In this document: positions 24,352 to 39,000 of the stretch, one piece after another
How positions within the stretch are numbered: the first letter of the stretch is position 1
Layout: each line of letters begins with the position of its first letter
DNA from: Botryllus schlosseri
Taxonomy: Eukaryota
Reading direction: 5' to 3'
NCBI GenBank assembly: GCA_051294905.1
Contig: CM119377.1
Span: 9,672,001-9,736,000, forward strand
DNA length: 64,000 nucleotides
Notes under the pieces: generated by a model
Told to the model about the DNA's origin: nothing
The model's database searches: none
What the model saw: the letters and a program-made list of their open reading frames with translations, nothing else
Translations under genes and position numbers: made by a program

Positions 24352-25029
24352 TTTGTCGATTTTCCATCCTCTTATGCGCCCTTCGGTAACCGCTGACCTT
24401 CAGTCCATCGTAAAAATGCCTTAGCAAGAGTCATGTATATTACATCAATATCAGTGGGGCAGTGGGCAGAGCACAACAACAATCGCATCAGGTCAACGGG
24501 AAGAGGAAGGTGCGGAGTTCCGGGGTTAAACTCGGAATATATCCGAATCTCAAATAATGAAACCGGATTCAGTTTTACATGGATAATTTGCGATATTGAG
24601 GAATAATTGGAAACAATTAATTAGTAAACGCTTAAATTAGTGATATTTTTAAATTTAAATCCGGTCAGAGGAAACTCCAGCGACTCCTTTGTTTGTTCCA
24701 GATATGAATATATTCAACACTTCGAAACGCGAAAATATGACATTGCCTTGAAAGACTAAGAAGGAATGTAGCTTAGTTAGATTAGTCCTAATATTATGAT
24801 AACAAACTGTATCTACATTGTCTTTATTTTGATTTATTTTGATGTACGTCATTCTCGATGGTGCACATCGGACCGTGAGCTCCGTTCATTACGTTGTCTC
24901 GTCAACAAATTGGCACCACCGCTCATTAGATGTAAACAATTGCCGGGATTTTTATGTTGTCTGCTGTGCTAAATGCTGCATACGGTTCGGTTCTGTTTAT
25001 TAATTATTAGCAATCTTTGTCAGTTCAAT

Positions 25030-25270
25030 ACACCACAAAATTGCGATACAATGAAAAGATAGGTAAGTGTCGAAACGACTCGGAGTAGTCAGACACCCAC
25101 CTTGGCCTAGCTAGGCGATGTAAAGAGCCTAAAAGAGGAGACAGCATGCGATTGCACACTGAATGAAAAGTATAAGAAGATAGTATAGAAAAGCAAGCGA
25201 AAAAAGTGGGATGGCATGTCAGGGAAGGCGAGATCGATAGGTCAGGTCGTGGTCCGGTAATCCGGTAGAA
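25030..25270. repeat. Dispersed ~200-bp repeat (also ~31200-31400; shorter relic ~58530-58600)
   Basis: Shared blocks ACAATGAAA.GATAGG, GTGTCGAAAC, CAGACACCCACCTT, GCACACTGAATGAAAAGTA and AGGTCGTG.TCCGGTAATCC. Confidence 0.7.
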
Positions 25271-25727
25271 ATTGCATGTATTTCGACTTCAATGTGGACA
25301 TGCTGCATTTAGACTTATATCATGGAATCGTTGTCCTGTACACACACATTTTTTTATTAAATTACTTTAACTTGGAGAATCATCGCTTCTAACCTGTTAT
25401 ATTAGGCAAAGCTTACCGAGATTCCAGTAGGGCATTCAGATAAAACCATAGGCACATTAACATATTTACACTTGAATCAAATGTAATGTAAATGTAAATG
25501 ATTTGATAACACAACAGTAGTTATACAAACTTCAAGTTAAATGTTGAACAATGATATGACAGCATAAAATGACCGTGTCGTAAGACCAGACCCTAGTCAT
25601 GTTTAGTCGCCCTGGTAAACTTACAATTTTTTTCAGTTTTTGTGCCTCTAACAAAGTCTGTTTTTTTTTTCCATATATTGCCGATGATGTCTTTCTCTGA
25701 AATTATTTCCATCTTGACTTTACAGGC

Positions 25728-28700
25728 ATGCACTTCAGTACTCGCGCTTATATTGTTGCAAGTAGAATCAAGATGCAGCAAAACTGCGCTACTTCGCTCT
25801 CAAAGATACCAAGACTTCTTCTTTTTGACATTGACGGCACCTTGGTCACGTCACACTACAAGGATCCTGTGATGAGTCATCCGGTAGCGACGGCTCTCTC
25901 TGAAGCTTTTGAAAAAGACATAAGACGAAATAATATCAAGTTTGCTGGTATCGTGCTTTACATTTTATAAACTGCTGCATTTTCTTTTGTTCTGACTGTT
26001 TACGGCTATGGATGGCTCACGACTTGATGATATCTTATGATTATTGATAAAAAACCTGTCAACTGTTCAAAATTAACTATGTTTCAAGATCTTTTGCTTT
26101 CTAGGTGGAACTGATAGATCGATTATGAGAGAGCTTTTATCTGCTCATGGAATCACTGAAAGCAACACTCCTGACTACGAAAAATGTGTTCTTAAAGCTT
26201 TACAAATTTTACCAGCGCATATGAGAAGGGGTGTGAAGGAAGGCCAGTAAGTTTTTGGATTTATAAAATGGAGCAGCCCTTGATCGTGGGCCGGGTGTAT
26301 GCTCTCAATAATTTTTCTATGATGTTTGAAGGAGTAGTTAATAGCCCACCGGTACTACTCAATGGAAATATAGTTCTTTAGAAATTTGGTTAATAGTATA
26401 TGTAGTATATGACCGTAGTATATATATGTAGTATAGTATATGACGGCCATATACTCACTCGGACTCGCGGTTGTGACTTATTCATGTAAATCATATGAAT
26501 ATGTTCCCAATTATTGTACATTATGTGCATCTCTCTATGCGGCCAAGTTTCATGTAGGTAGGCCCTGGCGCTTCAGAGATGCGGATTGATTCGTGACTCG
26601 AAGCAATATTTACGAGTCAATTTCAAGTCATCAAGTGAGCAGTGTCAACTAATTTGCTGTATCTCGATGGTTGTTAACGGTACGCTTGTGTGGCCTGTAG
26701 GCGCACGCAATCACTCAATGATTTTCCGTTTAATCGAGCCTCCATTGTTATATCACGAATAAATTGACCGTAAACGCAGTGATTGGGGCGTACAGCTTAC
26801 GTAGTCATAAACTTGTAGTAAAGTTATCTATATTAGATTGATATTCAGTGCATCTCTTTTCTATAAACTGCTAATATAACTGACCCACTTGTATGATTTA
26901 AATCGAACAAATATGGTTTAAACTTTAGTATTACTCATCAACAATTGGAGCAGGCTTAAGTATGTGTAAGTGGGTAGTGTCTTTCGCAGAAGGCAATGAT
27001 GCTAATCTGACCAATCTGACAACCATTTTGGATGTTCATATCAATTTTTCATCTTTCTGAGGTACTGTATTTTGGCTGATAATTACAGATTAGGGCTACA
27101 TCGTTACTTGTGTAGTTTGGCAGTTCTGCGTGAGCGATACGACGCCTTTTTGCGTGTACATTCAACTCGATTTAGGATAAATCGGGACTAAATCTGTATT
27201 TCACACAGCTAGCAAAATTCAACAATGAATATGAATTAGGCCTCGTAGGCGTACTTTGAAAATTCAACTTGACTTGATTAGTGACTTAACTCGGGACACC
27301 CCCAAAAATCTAGTGACTTGACTTGACTCGAGTCACCTTCGAAAACCATGTGATTTGAATCGAGTCTAAATGTGGAATGACTCGAGATGACTTGTCACTC
27401 GAAGGCAGTGACTTGATCCCAACACCGGTAGTTTGTAGTAATGATATCTAAAAGGCGGTCTACGTAGCTATCGTTGGTCCTTGGCACCCTAGAAGTAGAA
27501 ATAACATAATTTCTATTCAAGTAAAACTAGATGTAGTGTTTTTCAAGTAAGTAAAAAGTGTTCTAGGCCTAGTAGTTCCTTCTAAAAAAAACTAAATCTG
27601 TTAAATAAAAGTGGAAGTAGCCTAAAATCATAACCACTTGAGCAATTAGTGTAAGCAGACAAAACGTACTGAGCACTACAATTATGTATAAGTACCTTAT
27701 TACTGAACGTATCTGCGGATACCTACAAGTGGTGAAACAAAAACTCAAGAGATTTACAGAAAATTCGGACTCTTAACTTCCTATATGCATAAGCTATTGT
27801 TAGATTGCATCTGTATCCAGTGGACAGCCAGGAATATTTTCAAGCTTGACTAGACAAGAATTGAAATCACAAGTATCCTGCTATTTTTTATTTGGAATTC
27901 ACGAAATTAGAACATCTCTGTTCCCTTCTCTTAGCAGATCCATGACTGCTAGATGTGTGCATTATGGACCTTTCATTTAGGAACTGGTGGTCTTCATTAC
28001 CCGGTGTGCATGAGCTTCTCCGAAGATTGTCGAAATTGCAAAATGTACGTTTGGCTCTACTCACAGGTACCGTACCGGTATATTAAGTTTTTGGTAATTC
28101 CTTTTCAGGTATGTAGACCGCTGTTGGGATGTCATGTCTTAGTTGGACTCAAGTTGCATTTGTTGAATAACTTGACTGAAACTCAATGTATGTGAAAAAT
28201 TGAAATGACTCGTGACTCAGAGAAAAATTTTCGAATCAATTACCAAGTCATTGAATGTTCTCCTTCCCAAATGCATTCTGAGCCTATCAGACACACTTAG
28301 AAGTTACCACGTGATCAATACTAATCTGTCTTGTATTGAATTCCATTCACGCTCTCAATGTGGTTAGTTGTTCAGCGGCAAGAAATATGTGTGTATATGT
28401 GATGTACGTATGAACAGCTGTATGCTTAAAAAAACTTTTTCGGGGCCTTTTCAAGGAAATTTGGTACCGTAATTAATTTCTCATATACCCTCAAACATTA
28501 TTTCTCCTCTATTCGCAATATGTAAGGTTGTCGACTGGCGTTTCCTATAGCCCACATACAGAATTTGAGTTGATGAATTGCATTACCTGGATTTATAGTC
28601 CCATTGTACATGGCAAGGATTATACCCTGTGAACATCATTCTCAGTATATAACCCATGATTCGTATGATCATGGTAGTTTTGAAACAGCATGACACCAAG

Positions 28701-30007
28701 TTGGAAGTGGTCTCACTTTACCTAATACACATTTCAACAAATGCATCTGCATCCACATATCAACTCGAGTGTCTTGAACTGGAAATATTTGGTGACTTCA
28801 ACTTGACTCAAAATTAGATAATTTAAGTTGACGTTTTGAATATCTGGGAGACTTGACTCAAAGTGAGTTGCATCTCAACAATAGTTTCAAATTTGTTTTG
28901 ACATGAGTTATTAGCACTATTTTCCAGTTTCAAAGTGTTGGTGTTCCTTCTTGACATTTCTAACACTCTTTGTCAACTATTTTACATGAACGATTGAACA
29001 TGCAACTAATGTACCAAGTAAGGGAGTTAACCGAGATATTGGCCGATGTTCAAGGAAGTTGATGTTTGAATAAGAGCTCTAGGTGATTTGCTCATCCATG
29101 TTCTCTGAAAATGGATAGCCAACGTATCACTTGTCACACTTGTATAACACTTATAACTTGTTACACACAGTGCTGGACATTGTACCAAACCAGTGGGATG
29201 TTCTCAAAATAATTGCAAAATCCTGCTACCACCAACTTCCGACCATTGTATATAAAATCACACCCTGCAGGCTGTCTATCTGGGATCGTGTATATTGTGA
29301 TATGATTACGGTCTAGACGCCAATATTGAAATGGCAGTTCACGTTAATGCTGGCAATAAATTCACCGCATTTTTCTAACCGCACTGCTTCTTGATTTGTT
29401 TTGCCTTGGATCCTCGTGCTGAAGTGATGTATTGCCACTTCACAATTTCTTTTGATCATATCATCCCACATTCCAGTAACACCAAACAGATTTAGATGTT
29501 ACATGTATGATGTCAATGACTCATATTAACCGGGATTAGTGTCGGGGAAAAGTTCCACCCATGCTTTTGTAAACTAATCATCAGTTTACAAGGTTAGATT
29601 CTACAAACCATATTAAACTTGCAGGGAACATCGTCGAAGACGCCAGAATAAAACTGGAATCAGCTTCAGTTGATATCTCGTTGTTTGAAATGATCGACCC
29701 GACTGGCTCCAAAGCACTGCTCGGTGCATTTGGAGACGACCATGAAATCCGAAGTCAGCTAGTGCCGTTTGCACAGCGGCGTTACGCCGACCTGTTGGGA
29801 CAACCAGTTTCGCCCGGAGACATGGTTATTATCGGCGATACTCCAAAGGATATAACGTGTGCGCATGACAATGACGTCGCATGTGTGGCAGTTGGTACCG
29901 GTCCGTGCTCAGTTGATTCATTGTCTGATGCAGACTTTCTGTTAAAAGATGGATTTGTTGATATTGACGAGAGCATCAAAGCTATTATAGAGACACAGAA
30001 AAAGTAG
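25728..30007 (+). CDS. HAD-superfamily hydrolase (phosphoglycolate-phosphatase-like), ~276 aa; exons 25728-25947, 26105-26246, 27981-28066, 29625-30007
   Basis: Motif I LLLFDIDGTL, cap GGTDRSI, LPGVHELL, motif II LLTGN, motif III ARIKL...GAFGDD, motif IV VIIGDTPKD; all splice phases consistent. An alternative ATG lies at 25773. Confidence 0.9.
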
Positions 30008-30611
30008 TGGTTGTGTTCCTGAATACTGCCGACGCCTGTATAAATTCCCTTGGATACAGGTGATTTAGGTTAGGAGCCAATTGTGAATCATGCACTGTTT
30101 CATATGATCCAAATTCGTTGAAACTCGTTTTTTCATCACAGTATTCCTGGTATGTTTCATCATGTCTGTTGTGTCTATTCTTTCGTGTCTTTTGCAGATT
30201 CGTTTCCTAAGCCTGTAAAATAGAACCGCAGTGAAGCAGTCTGTAAGTTTTTGGGTGCATGCAAGCAATCAATCAGTTTATTTTACACCAAGAAAAATAA
30301 ATTTATTCTTGTGAATTGGGAGACGGCGAGGAACCGAATGCAAGTGTCTCATGGTTTCTGCCGTGTAAGAGATCAAATTACAAGTACAGCCTATATGGTT
30401 TGAGGGATCTAAGTTGGTCTAATCACGATATAGGGAGCGGGGATGACACTACAGATGTGGCCAAGTTGAGACTGATTGCAAATATGATTTCTAGTCATTT
30501 TCATTTCGACGTCTTCCTATCTTAACATTAACATTGTATAACAATCTTGCGGTCTTTTGAAATGATTCCTGAACTGGGCACGTGAAGCAGAATCATATGG
30601 TATCCGATATC

Positions 30612-30940
30612 CAGAGATGGTCAGTAAACTAGAACGGCCAAGACAGACATTCCATGTAACTTCGAAGAATAGTAAAGTTGCCACATTATTTGCATTTCGT
30701 CTATCAACGAAGTACTTCTACTTTTGCAAGTAGGCCTACTTGAAGTAAATTTTTCCAACTAGCACTACTTCCTCAGGTAGTTATTACTTTAGCCTACTTC
30801 TACTTGACAGATTCAGTATTTTAGGCAAAACTAGAATACTTACTTTTTTCATTACTTGTAAATCGCAACTTCTACTTCAGTAGAAATTGACGGCGTTACT
30901 TCCTCTTCAGTACCGATGATAACTACTTTGACCACGTCTG
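30612..30940. mobile_element. hAT-type MITE of the high-copy CAGAG(G/A)TGG family
   Basis: TIR CAGAGATGGTCA...TGACCACGTCTG with perfect 8-bp TSD CCGATATC. Related AGTAG/CTACT-rich copies occur near 11150-11650, 21690-21840, 36306-36480, 38181-39197, 47900-48030, 50600-50770 and 62092-62637. Confidence 0.85.
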
Positions 30941-32057
30941 CCGATATCAAGAGTTCGGTATAATCGAAAACAATTCCATATGAGCTCGAGTGAGTATCGG
31001 TCGTTTCAAAGCATACATTTGGCTGGTGCTATGGACTTTCACTGTAATGATGGTTCGATTACGTCGCATCATACCTCGCATGCGATGATATATATGTATT
31101 CTACTGCTTGAATCAATTTGTTTGTCGCCATCGTTGATATTCTACGTAGGCTATAGGCTACCACGCGTCGTATCAGTATCAGTTTTTATTAATACTTTCA
31201 TCATTTCAAAACATCACAAGACTGCAATACAATGAAAGGATAGGATGGTGTCGAAACAACTTGGAGTAGCCTTTAAGATCAGACACCCACCTTAGTCTAG
31301 GCGAAGTAAAGAAGACGCATGCACACTGAATGAAAAGTAATGGAAGTAATGTGGCGGAAAGCGATCGAGGTCGATGTTAGGTCGTGCTCCGGTAATCCTG
31401 AGCTCAGCGTGCTTGGTTTGCCTGGCTAGGCGGATTCAGGCTGTGATTGATTTTATATTAGATAAAGAATGTATATTATGATCATTGATCACGTAAACTG
31501 GGTTCTGCAGAGTGAATACGATATAAATTGGTGATGTGGGCAATGCTGACAGTAGGTATCGCGACATCCCCGAAGCATGCTCTGATTTCGCGATGAGATA
31601 TTGCTCCATCGATGACCATAGTAAAAGAATATATGGATGACATTCTCAAATTATAAGGTTACATTATAGAGATTACCAATAATTTTTAGATCTGATCGGT
31701 AATCTCTGGAGTTACATCGATGCCATCGCCAATATATACGGATGACATCTGTTGACATCGTTGACGTCGCCGATTTGTAGGAACCCGATTCGGCTCGTCA
31801 GCGTCAGGTTATTTGGAATGAGCGATCGAGTTGCTGTATTGTCGACCGTCGTCCTGAAGAGTGAAGCCATTCGCAGTTGATTTTTGACGTAAAACTAAAT
31901 ACTGGGATCATTACGTGATTTCCAAACTGGCACCTTGGCATAAAAAGACTGCGATTCTATCGAGATATCTGTCGTTTGCGATTGGCGATTGCCAATTCTC
32001 GCTATTCCGCGGCGCCGGTGAAAGTTATCTTGGATAACGGTCAGCTAATGCACTGTT

Positions 32058-35000
32058 ATGGATCCACAAAAAAAATCAAGTTTGGTGGATAATCCGTTTG
32101 CTGCATTGTTCCCATCTGCTCAAGCTGCAGAACAGTACAGAGATGTTCTGAGGAAAGGCGAAGATACTACCTCATCAAGTGATGCATTTGAGACGATGTC
32201 ACAAGACGATACAAGTTCAAACGTGCCAATATTGAACGAAGAAGAACGTTTCAGCAAACAGAAAGATGAACTGGCTCAGCGAATTTTTCTAATCACCAGC
32301 ACAAATGCGTCTTGGAATATGAACTCAGATCTGCCTGGGCATAGTGTTTTCGTGGAAAATGATGAAACGGCCCCCCTGCATTCTATTATGGAACAGCTTC
32401 TATTCAATCGTTTACTTCTCAAGCATCCGGGACGTTATTTTCTCTCAGTCACGGGTGCTTCTGATGATGATAATACACGGGAACAGGCCAAAGAGGGGCG
32501 TCCGTTAGTTTATCTATTACAGTGTTTCAATAGGGTGTTGCATGAATCACGGCACTCGTCTGAAAATTTGCACGCAACCATATCGGAGTTGCGAAATTTG
32601 ATTGTAGTGAATATTTCCACTGCTCTGATCAGCCCAGAGATATTTACAGATTTGGGCCAAACAAGGTCTGACGTTCACAAACAGTTTTACGGTATTCTTT
32701 TTGAAAACGATTGTCTTGATCCTGAAAGTTCGTCACGTGTTTGTTTGTATGAAGTGGCCGACTACATAACCACGACTCAATCCGAGCTTATGCCCACCGC
32801 ATTTCATCCGATTCTGGATATTCTCGGCAAGGAACTACTATCGTGTGAATTAATCGAACCGGAACTTCCCTCGAATATGTGTGTGTTAGAAGCCTTCGTC
32901 ACTCATCCAATTCTGGCGTTACACTGTGTTGAATTTTCAATGCCAAATCCGAGTCTGTTTGTCACGGCGCAACATACCTTGTTGGAACTACTGCTAAACA
33001 TTTCATGCCTAACCCCAGACCCACAGACAAGGCTGCTACCTTTTTTTGAAGAAGCGCAACGAATGCGTCAAACTGATGTCGAGTCGGAAGACTTTCGGCT
33101 GCATACAAAAACAGCTGGCTTTCAATCTCAACTCTTCAGGATTTTTCATACTTTGATCAAACATCGTTCAACGCGAGCGAAGGTACTGTCTTGGATCGGT
33201 CAATATTTAGAGAGACACGAGTATTTGGCAAAGATGTGGACGCAAGAACAGACAGACGTGTTAATGAACGTGTACGGTCCTGATGCTGCGCTCTTGAATT
33301 TGAGCTCTGTGCTTCTGCGCTTGTGTCTACCGTTTTGTGTTGATAACGTGAACAAAACAGCGGCCAACACTCCAAAATTTCTAAAAATTGACGCTACGTA
33401 TACATTTGCTACAAGCGAGCAAAATGGTAGTGAAAAAGGCGTCCATTGTGTGAACTTGCATAAAGACACATGCCTGCAATCGGTCAATGAAGGCCCTCTT
33501 CCGCTGCCATCATCGCAATCCTACAGCTTCATATCGGAATGCTTCTTCATGGCCCATCGTTGCATTTACCTTGGAGCACGCGGATTGATAAAGAAGTTCT
33601 ATCGCTTGAACAGGAGTTTGAACCGTGAAGGGGAACTGTATCGACAAGTCCGTGAGAGCGGCAACACCGATGACATGGCGGACATCATAACTAAGCGCTT
33701 TGAAGCGGGAATGCGCACTTATTTGAGTATCAAAGCCTTCATGACGGAGCCCACATTCCTCGATGCTTGCATCCGACTATACGGCACCACCGCACAGTAT
33801 CTCAACCAAGTCGCAATGACTGACAGCATGGATCAACTTGCACCTGTTACTCTTCCATTGCCAAAGAACGAACCGTCGAAGTTTCTATACTACATACCGG
33901 AGTATGTAATTGAAAATATGACAGACATAATTTTGCTAATGTGGAGGTTCTCGCGTTCAAATATGATGCTTATCGAACCTTACATCCACGACTTCCTTCT
34001 AAATATCTCGGTATACATGGGGAACAAAACTTGTGTGTCAAACCCGCACTTGCGAGCATCGTTAGCCGAAGTCCTAGAAGTTCTAGTACCTCTACCCGGT
34101 AGGACAGGAACAATGCTTACTGATCACGAGGAGCTTTTCAGCACGTTTCCCTACACGGGCTTCATCGCTGTTTCCACGTTACAGCTTTTTGTTGATATTG
34201 AATTCACCGGTGACCCGCATCAGTTTGAACAGAAATTCCATTACCGACAACCGTTGTACAAAATCCTGAAGTATTTGTGGGAGAAAAAGCCCGCCCACGA
34301 CGCGATCATCAAGGAAGTCCGGTATGCGATCGAACGGATCGATGATCCGACCCATCCGCTGTTCCTGCAATTCACAAACCTGCTGCTTAACGATCTCATT
34401 TTCTTGCTCGACGAAGCAATGGGCTTTCTGGCTCAAATTAAAGGCATGGAGAAAGAAAGAGACAACGGAGACTGGGAGGAATTGGGTCAGAGAGAAAAAA
34501 TGGCGAAAGAAGCGGAATTGAAGCAGATCGGAACGATGGCTCGATACCACAACATATTATCTAATGATACCGTTGACACCCTCGTGTACACGACCACAGC
34601 GCCCGCGGTCAAAGATTTGTTCAGCAATCAATCTCTTGGAGACCGTGTTGCTGTAATGCTCGACGACTTTTTGCTAAAACTAGTTGGACCGCGGATGAGC
34701 GCGCTACGCGTAAAGGACCTGTCCGAGTATCAGTTCAAGCCGAAAAAGCTTGTTTTGGACCTGTGCCAGGTTTACATCAATCTCTGTGTCCGGGAAGAAT
34801 TCTGCCGTGCCATTTCCAGAGACGGTCGGTCGTACAGCGCGAAACTCTTTCCGATGGCGTGTCAGGTGTTGAGGCGTATCGGAGACGAGGGGGTGAGAGA
34901 ACAAATGTGGGAGGTGTCGGAAAAAATCAAACTCATCAGCGACCAGGATGCCGAGGACGAAGAGATGTTTAAAGACGTGCCAGACGAATTTTGCGACCCC

Positions 35001-35219
35001 CTTATGAACACCCTCATGCGGGACCCGGTGATATTGCCTACATCCAAGCAAGTGGTCGATCGTTCCACGATATCAAGGCATTTGATGAGCGATCCGACAG
35101 ATCCCTTCAACCGTAACCCCCTGACTATGATGGACGTGATTCCCAATACGGAATTGAAAGATAAAATACAGAAATGGATTGAAGGGAAACGCGAGAATCG
35201 AGATGGTACGAAAGGGTGA
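32058..35219 (+). CDS. UBE4A: Ubiquitin conjugation factor E4 A (Ufd2 core + U-box), 1053 aa, single coding exon
   Basis: N-terminal NPFAALF; core [13 protein letters not shown] and [17 protein letters not shown]; U-box [48 protein letters not shown]. Confidence 0.93.
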   Translation: MDPQKKSSLVDNPFAALFPSAQAAEQYRDVLRKGEDTTSSSDAFETMSQDDTSSNVPILNEEERFSKQKDELAQRIFLITSTNASWNMNSDLPGHSVFVENDETAPLHSIMEQLLFNRLLLKHPGRYFLSVTGASDDDNTREQAKEGRPLVYLLQCFNRVLHESRHSSENLHATISELRNLIVVNISTALISPEIFTDLGQTRSDVHKQFYGILFENDCLDPESSSRVCLYEVADYITTTQSELMPTAFHPILDILGKELLSCELIEPELPSNMCVLEAFVTHPILALHCVEFSMPNPSLFVTAQHTLLELLLNISCLTPDPQTRLLPFFEEAQRMRQTDVESEDFRLHTKTAGFQSQLFRIFHTLIKHRSTRAKVLSWIGQYLERHEYLAKMWTQEQTDVLMNVYGPDAALLNLSSVLLRLCLPFCVDNVNKTAANTPKFLKIDATYTFATSEQNGSEKGVHCVNLHKDTCLQSVNEGPLPLPSSQSYSFISECFFMAHRCIYLGARGLIKKFYRLNRSLNREGELYRQVRESGNTDDMADIITKRFEAGMRTYLSIKAFMTEPTFLDACIRLYGTTAQYLNQVAMTDSMDQLAPVTLPLPKNEPSKFLYYIPEYVIENMTDIILLMWRFSRSNMMLIEPYIHDFLLNISVYMGNKTCVSNPHLRASLAEVLEVLVPLPGRTGTMLTDHEELFSTFPYTGFIAVSTLQLFVDIEFTGDPHQFEQKFHYRQPLYKILKYLWEKKPAHDAIIKEVRYAIERIDDPTHPLFLQFTNLLLNDLIFLLDEAMGFLAQIKGMEKERDNGDWEELGQREKMAKEAELKQIGTMARYHNILSNDTVDTLVYTTTAPAVKDLFSNQSLGDRVAVMLDDFLLKLVGPRMSALRVKDLSEYQFKPKKLVLDLCQVYINLCVREEFCRAISRDGRSYSAKLFPMACQVLRRIGDEGVREQMWEVSEKIKLISDQDAEDEEMFKDVPDEFCDPLMNTLMRDPVILPTSKQVVDRSTISRHLMSDPTDPFNRNPLTMMDVIPNTELKDKIQKWIEGKRENRDGTKG

Positions 35220-36002
35220 AAAGGCTTCTGCAATGTTCTACATGTTGATTCAGATAATTATTCACCGTTGTGTAATGTGTATGCATACTTGGTATTGAAG
35301 CTGGATTTACGTGGTTAAATTGTGCAATGTAGTTGTCAACAACCGGGTGTTGAAGTTTTAGTTGTTATTAAATCCACTTCGAGATATCAGCGTTTGGTCG
35401 ACATGTTTTACACAGACTTCGTGGAGATCGGTTCTTTTGTTTTTGTATAATAATTTATCCCACCATATAACTTACCAACTGCATGAGCGGTTGGTTGAGA
35501 TTTGACACTACATTAGCTAAATCATTGACATTTACGATGATGTCAGAGACAACACTGAGGTTCTCAACCTTTTTGACCGTGCAGCACCCACCGAAAATGA
35601 AATTAGCGCCAACCTAGTAGGCTACGTTGAGTAACCGAGTGCAAACTTTTGAAAGCTGATGACTAAAAGGAAAGGAAGGTCACTTCAGCCCTACATTCCC
35701 TTGGTGAAGAAGAGGTCATCATTTTCGCCTTTACCTAATTCTCTCGTGGCAACCCAGTTCAGAAACACTGGTGGTGTATGGAGTAAGGACATGCCTCTTT
35801 CAGATGTGAAAATGTCTCTCCATAACCAGGGTTATCCCTGCCATAACTAAACATTCTTTTTCCAAGTGTCGAAATCCGTATCAAAAGACACTGATATGCG
35901 TCAAATTCAAAGTATATTAGCATTATTGATAAAATAATTCACGGTATTAAAAAGCATTGCACATGATTAAAGTGTGGCTACATCAACAGAGTCATTGCCC
36001 TT

Positions 36003-39000
36003 CTACAATTTACTTCTAGTAAGCCACATGAAGTCCTGTTGTTTACGTTCGGACGTCAGGTCGATCATGACATTCACGAGGCTTGCGTATCCACGACTTG
36101 AGTTGTCGAACGAATTTTTCAAAGCCTTGTCCAATTCGTCGGGCTTCACGGCAAAGTATCCGTTTCCTCCAAATGCAGTCATCACTTGTTCGTAGCGTGA
36201 ATTTGGAGAGAGGAACATAGGAAGAGCGCTGAAAAAGTAAATCAACATCAAGGCTGCCGAGTCGTACAACTACGACTCATTGCTACAACCGTTACCTCCA
36301 TTTCAGCAGAGGTGGTATGTTACAAAGTACTACTTTTCCCAAAAAAGTAGATTTGCCAAATTACTTGAGTGGTTATGTTTTTATACTACTTCCACTTCTG
36401 CTTAATCAGTTTTTAGGCAATAATACTTTATACAATTTGTATTCTGTATAAAGTAGTGTTGTGATAAGTTTTCATCACAAATTGAAATGTGTTACTCCAA
36501 CACCCCAACCTCGATTAGCGCACCGCCTTCGGATTTGGTATACACCGTTGTTATCAGACTAATTCCAGGGATATCTGCTGATTCTATACTAGGGTTGCCA
36601 TACGTCCGGAATTTCACTGAAAAAACTGCGTCCGGAAAGAAACTCATATATATATGCCTAAATGTCCGGAATTTTGAAGGCTGGAAGTAGGCTCTAACGT
36701 TTTTCGTAAATCAACATAAACAATATTATTTTCAAGCAGATTTATGCTATTCAAAATTTTTCTTCGCGCCGCGCGGGAGGTAATGCCACGTATGTTGATA
36801 TTAGTATGGGCACCAGGCACCACCTTTGCAAAAATTGCAATCAAAAGTAAATATAAATAACCATCATTTACTGAAATAAGTCTAATTGTAATCGAAATTA
36901 TAAGATAACGGTATATTCCTAGAGTGGGTTAAGGCTGATTGGATGCTTCAGTCACAGACTGTGGTTTTACATCTTGGTGTCGTTTGCCTTTATCTGGGGA
37001 TTTTGAAGATGTTGGACGTAATCAGCTTCCAAAATAGGCCGTGAGTAGGTTTGCGCAAGCTGAATTTTTTTAGTAATAAGCTTATCAAGTTTTGAGCTGG
37101 ACCACGGAACATTTTCAAGTTGGAAATGAGGTCGCGACCATAAAAGGTTGGAAATCACCAGATGTGGAACCTGCTGGTGCATTTTATAGTAGCCTAATAA
37201 ATGGAAGAATCAATACTATTGACAGAATTCATTCATAACATTTACCAACCAGGTGCATATAGTAAGTGGCCAAGAAGTTACATCGATTACCCTAAGGTGG
37301 GCCCAAGATCAGCGCTTTTTTTGGGCGGAAGGGGGCTGAAAAAATGTTGTTTTGGACCTGGTTAAAACACACAACCAGATAGCCGAACCGACTCAACAGT
37401 ATAGCAGGGCTGTCAAACACAATCCCGACAGGACAGACACGGGCCCACCAGACCATTTCATCAGGCCCATGAAGAAATATATTGCAGATTCTAGCAAGTA
37501 GCAATCACCAGAGCTCACATTACATATGGCCCAATTCATGACCCATGTTCCACTCCATTCGTGTATACAGTCAATGGGCAATGCTTCGCTAGTGTGACGT
37601 GATATTGACAGACAATGCTTTATACCTCATTTTTAAATCCACTAGTGGGCGCAAAAGAGTGTCCGGAATTTGCTTCACAAAAAAAAATGGTAACCCTATT
37701 CTATACCAAACATTTCTGAGTATCAAAGAACTGTTTTTGACAATTAACTCCATACTTTCGTTTGAAGTGAGTTTTGTGTGGCCTGAGCAACATCTGCAAC
37801 CACCCACGATCCATAGCACCGAATCTTACTTGGTAGCGACGTCATCGGAAGTTTCCAAACTGTCCCAAAATTCTTTCGGTCCACCGCTGTATATTCCGCA
37901 GTTATTCACGACTACAAATACAATCGGTAAACGGTATCTTATCACAGTCTCAAGCTCCATTCCAGAGAAGCCAAAGGCGCTGTCTCCTTGCACGCAGACC
38001 TAATGCGGAAACAAACACACATAAGTCACATGTCGATTAACATGTTGCTCGATGAAGGCACAAGTGGCGGCTTGGCTTTTACCCTTCCTGAATACGAGGT
38101 CTGTGCATTGACAAGTCATGAATTTTCCCTACATCATAATAGAGTGGTGATGTCGCATTGTTTTTTCGTCAATCATCACCAGAGGTGTTCAAACTAGTCA
38201 TTAGTACTTTAGTGCAGGTCGATGTAAGGTTGTAAGTCTCCACGCCAGCATACGTAACAATTTCCAAGACATCAAAATAACTTTAAATAGAATGGTAAAA
38301 TGAAGATCTGGAAACTACTCAAGGAAGTAGTTACAAAGAGTAGTTTGGTCGATACGTCGCACGCTTCTAGCAGTTAATCAAATGTGAATACTTGTGAAAT
38401 CGCAGGGTACGTCTACGCGACTAACGAAAAATCAGTAATGACAGTACAGATAGGTGCACTTTTTAAAGATAAATTCAGTTGCCAGGGTACGGGAGATATT
38501 TTGCCGGGTTGGTGTGAAAATTTCAGTCACACACCCCAAAATAATTTTACTTCACAAAATCACAAGTCTAACAAATCCAGAGTTTGTCCTAACAAACTTT
38601 TAAGCGGAAGTGGTCTGCAAACACAATCCCTTGAGCAAGAACGCAAAATCTACCCGATAGCTTCGAAAAAGTAGAAGTACTTCATTACCGACCACCAGGG
38701 TTGTAACCAAGTCAAAGTCACTTTTATAGTTTTGACTCGATTCGAGTCATTTTCAAATCACCACCAAGTCCAAGTCAGCTAGTAGAGGGTCAAGTTCGAG
38801 TCATAGCGTTTCGACTCGAGTCCGAGTCAAAGTCATTATGGTCACTGTTCAGTTTTCAGACCAATCCGGTTCAACCCACTTTTTTCAACTCTGCTCGAGT
38901 GATATAGAATGGCTTGCATTCATAATATAGTAATTTTCCTGAGTCTTAACAGTTACTGGTCTTACTTTCAAAGTATCAGGCCTGATAGACGAAATACCAA

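Noticed and set aside
24490-24540. GGAA-rich ETS autoregulatory sites upstream of the ETS gene
   Set aside because: Short motifs expected by chance, and the TSS is unknown.
25050-25110. Hammerhead ribozyme / Penelope-type end (GTCGAAAC with flanking stems)
   Set aside because: The CUGANGA core and the cleavage triplet are missing on both strands in all three copies.
29060-29080. Tunicate spliced-leader-like word TTTGAATAAG
   Set aside because: Only 10 nt match; no adjacent donor GT or Sm site.
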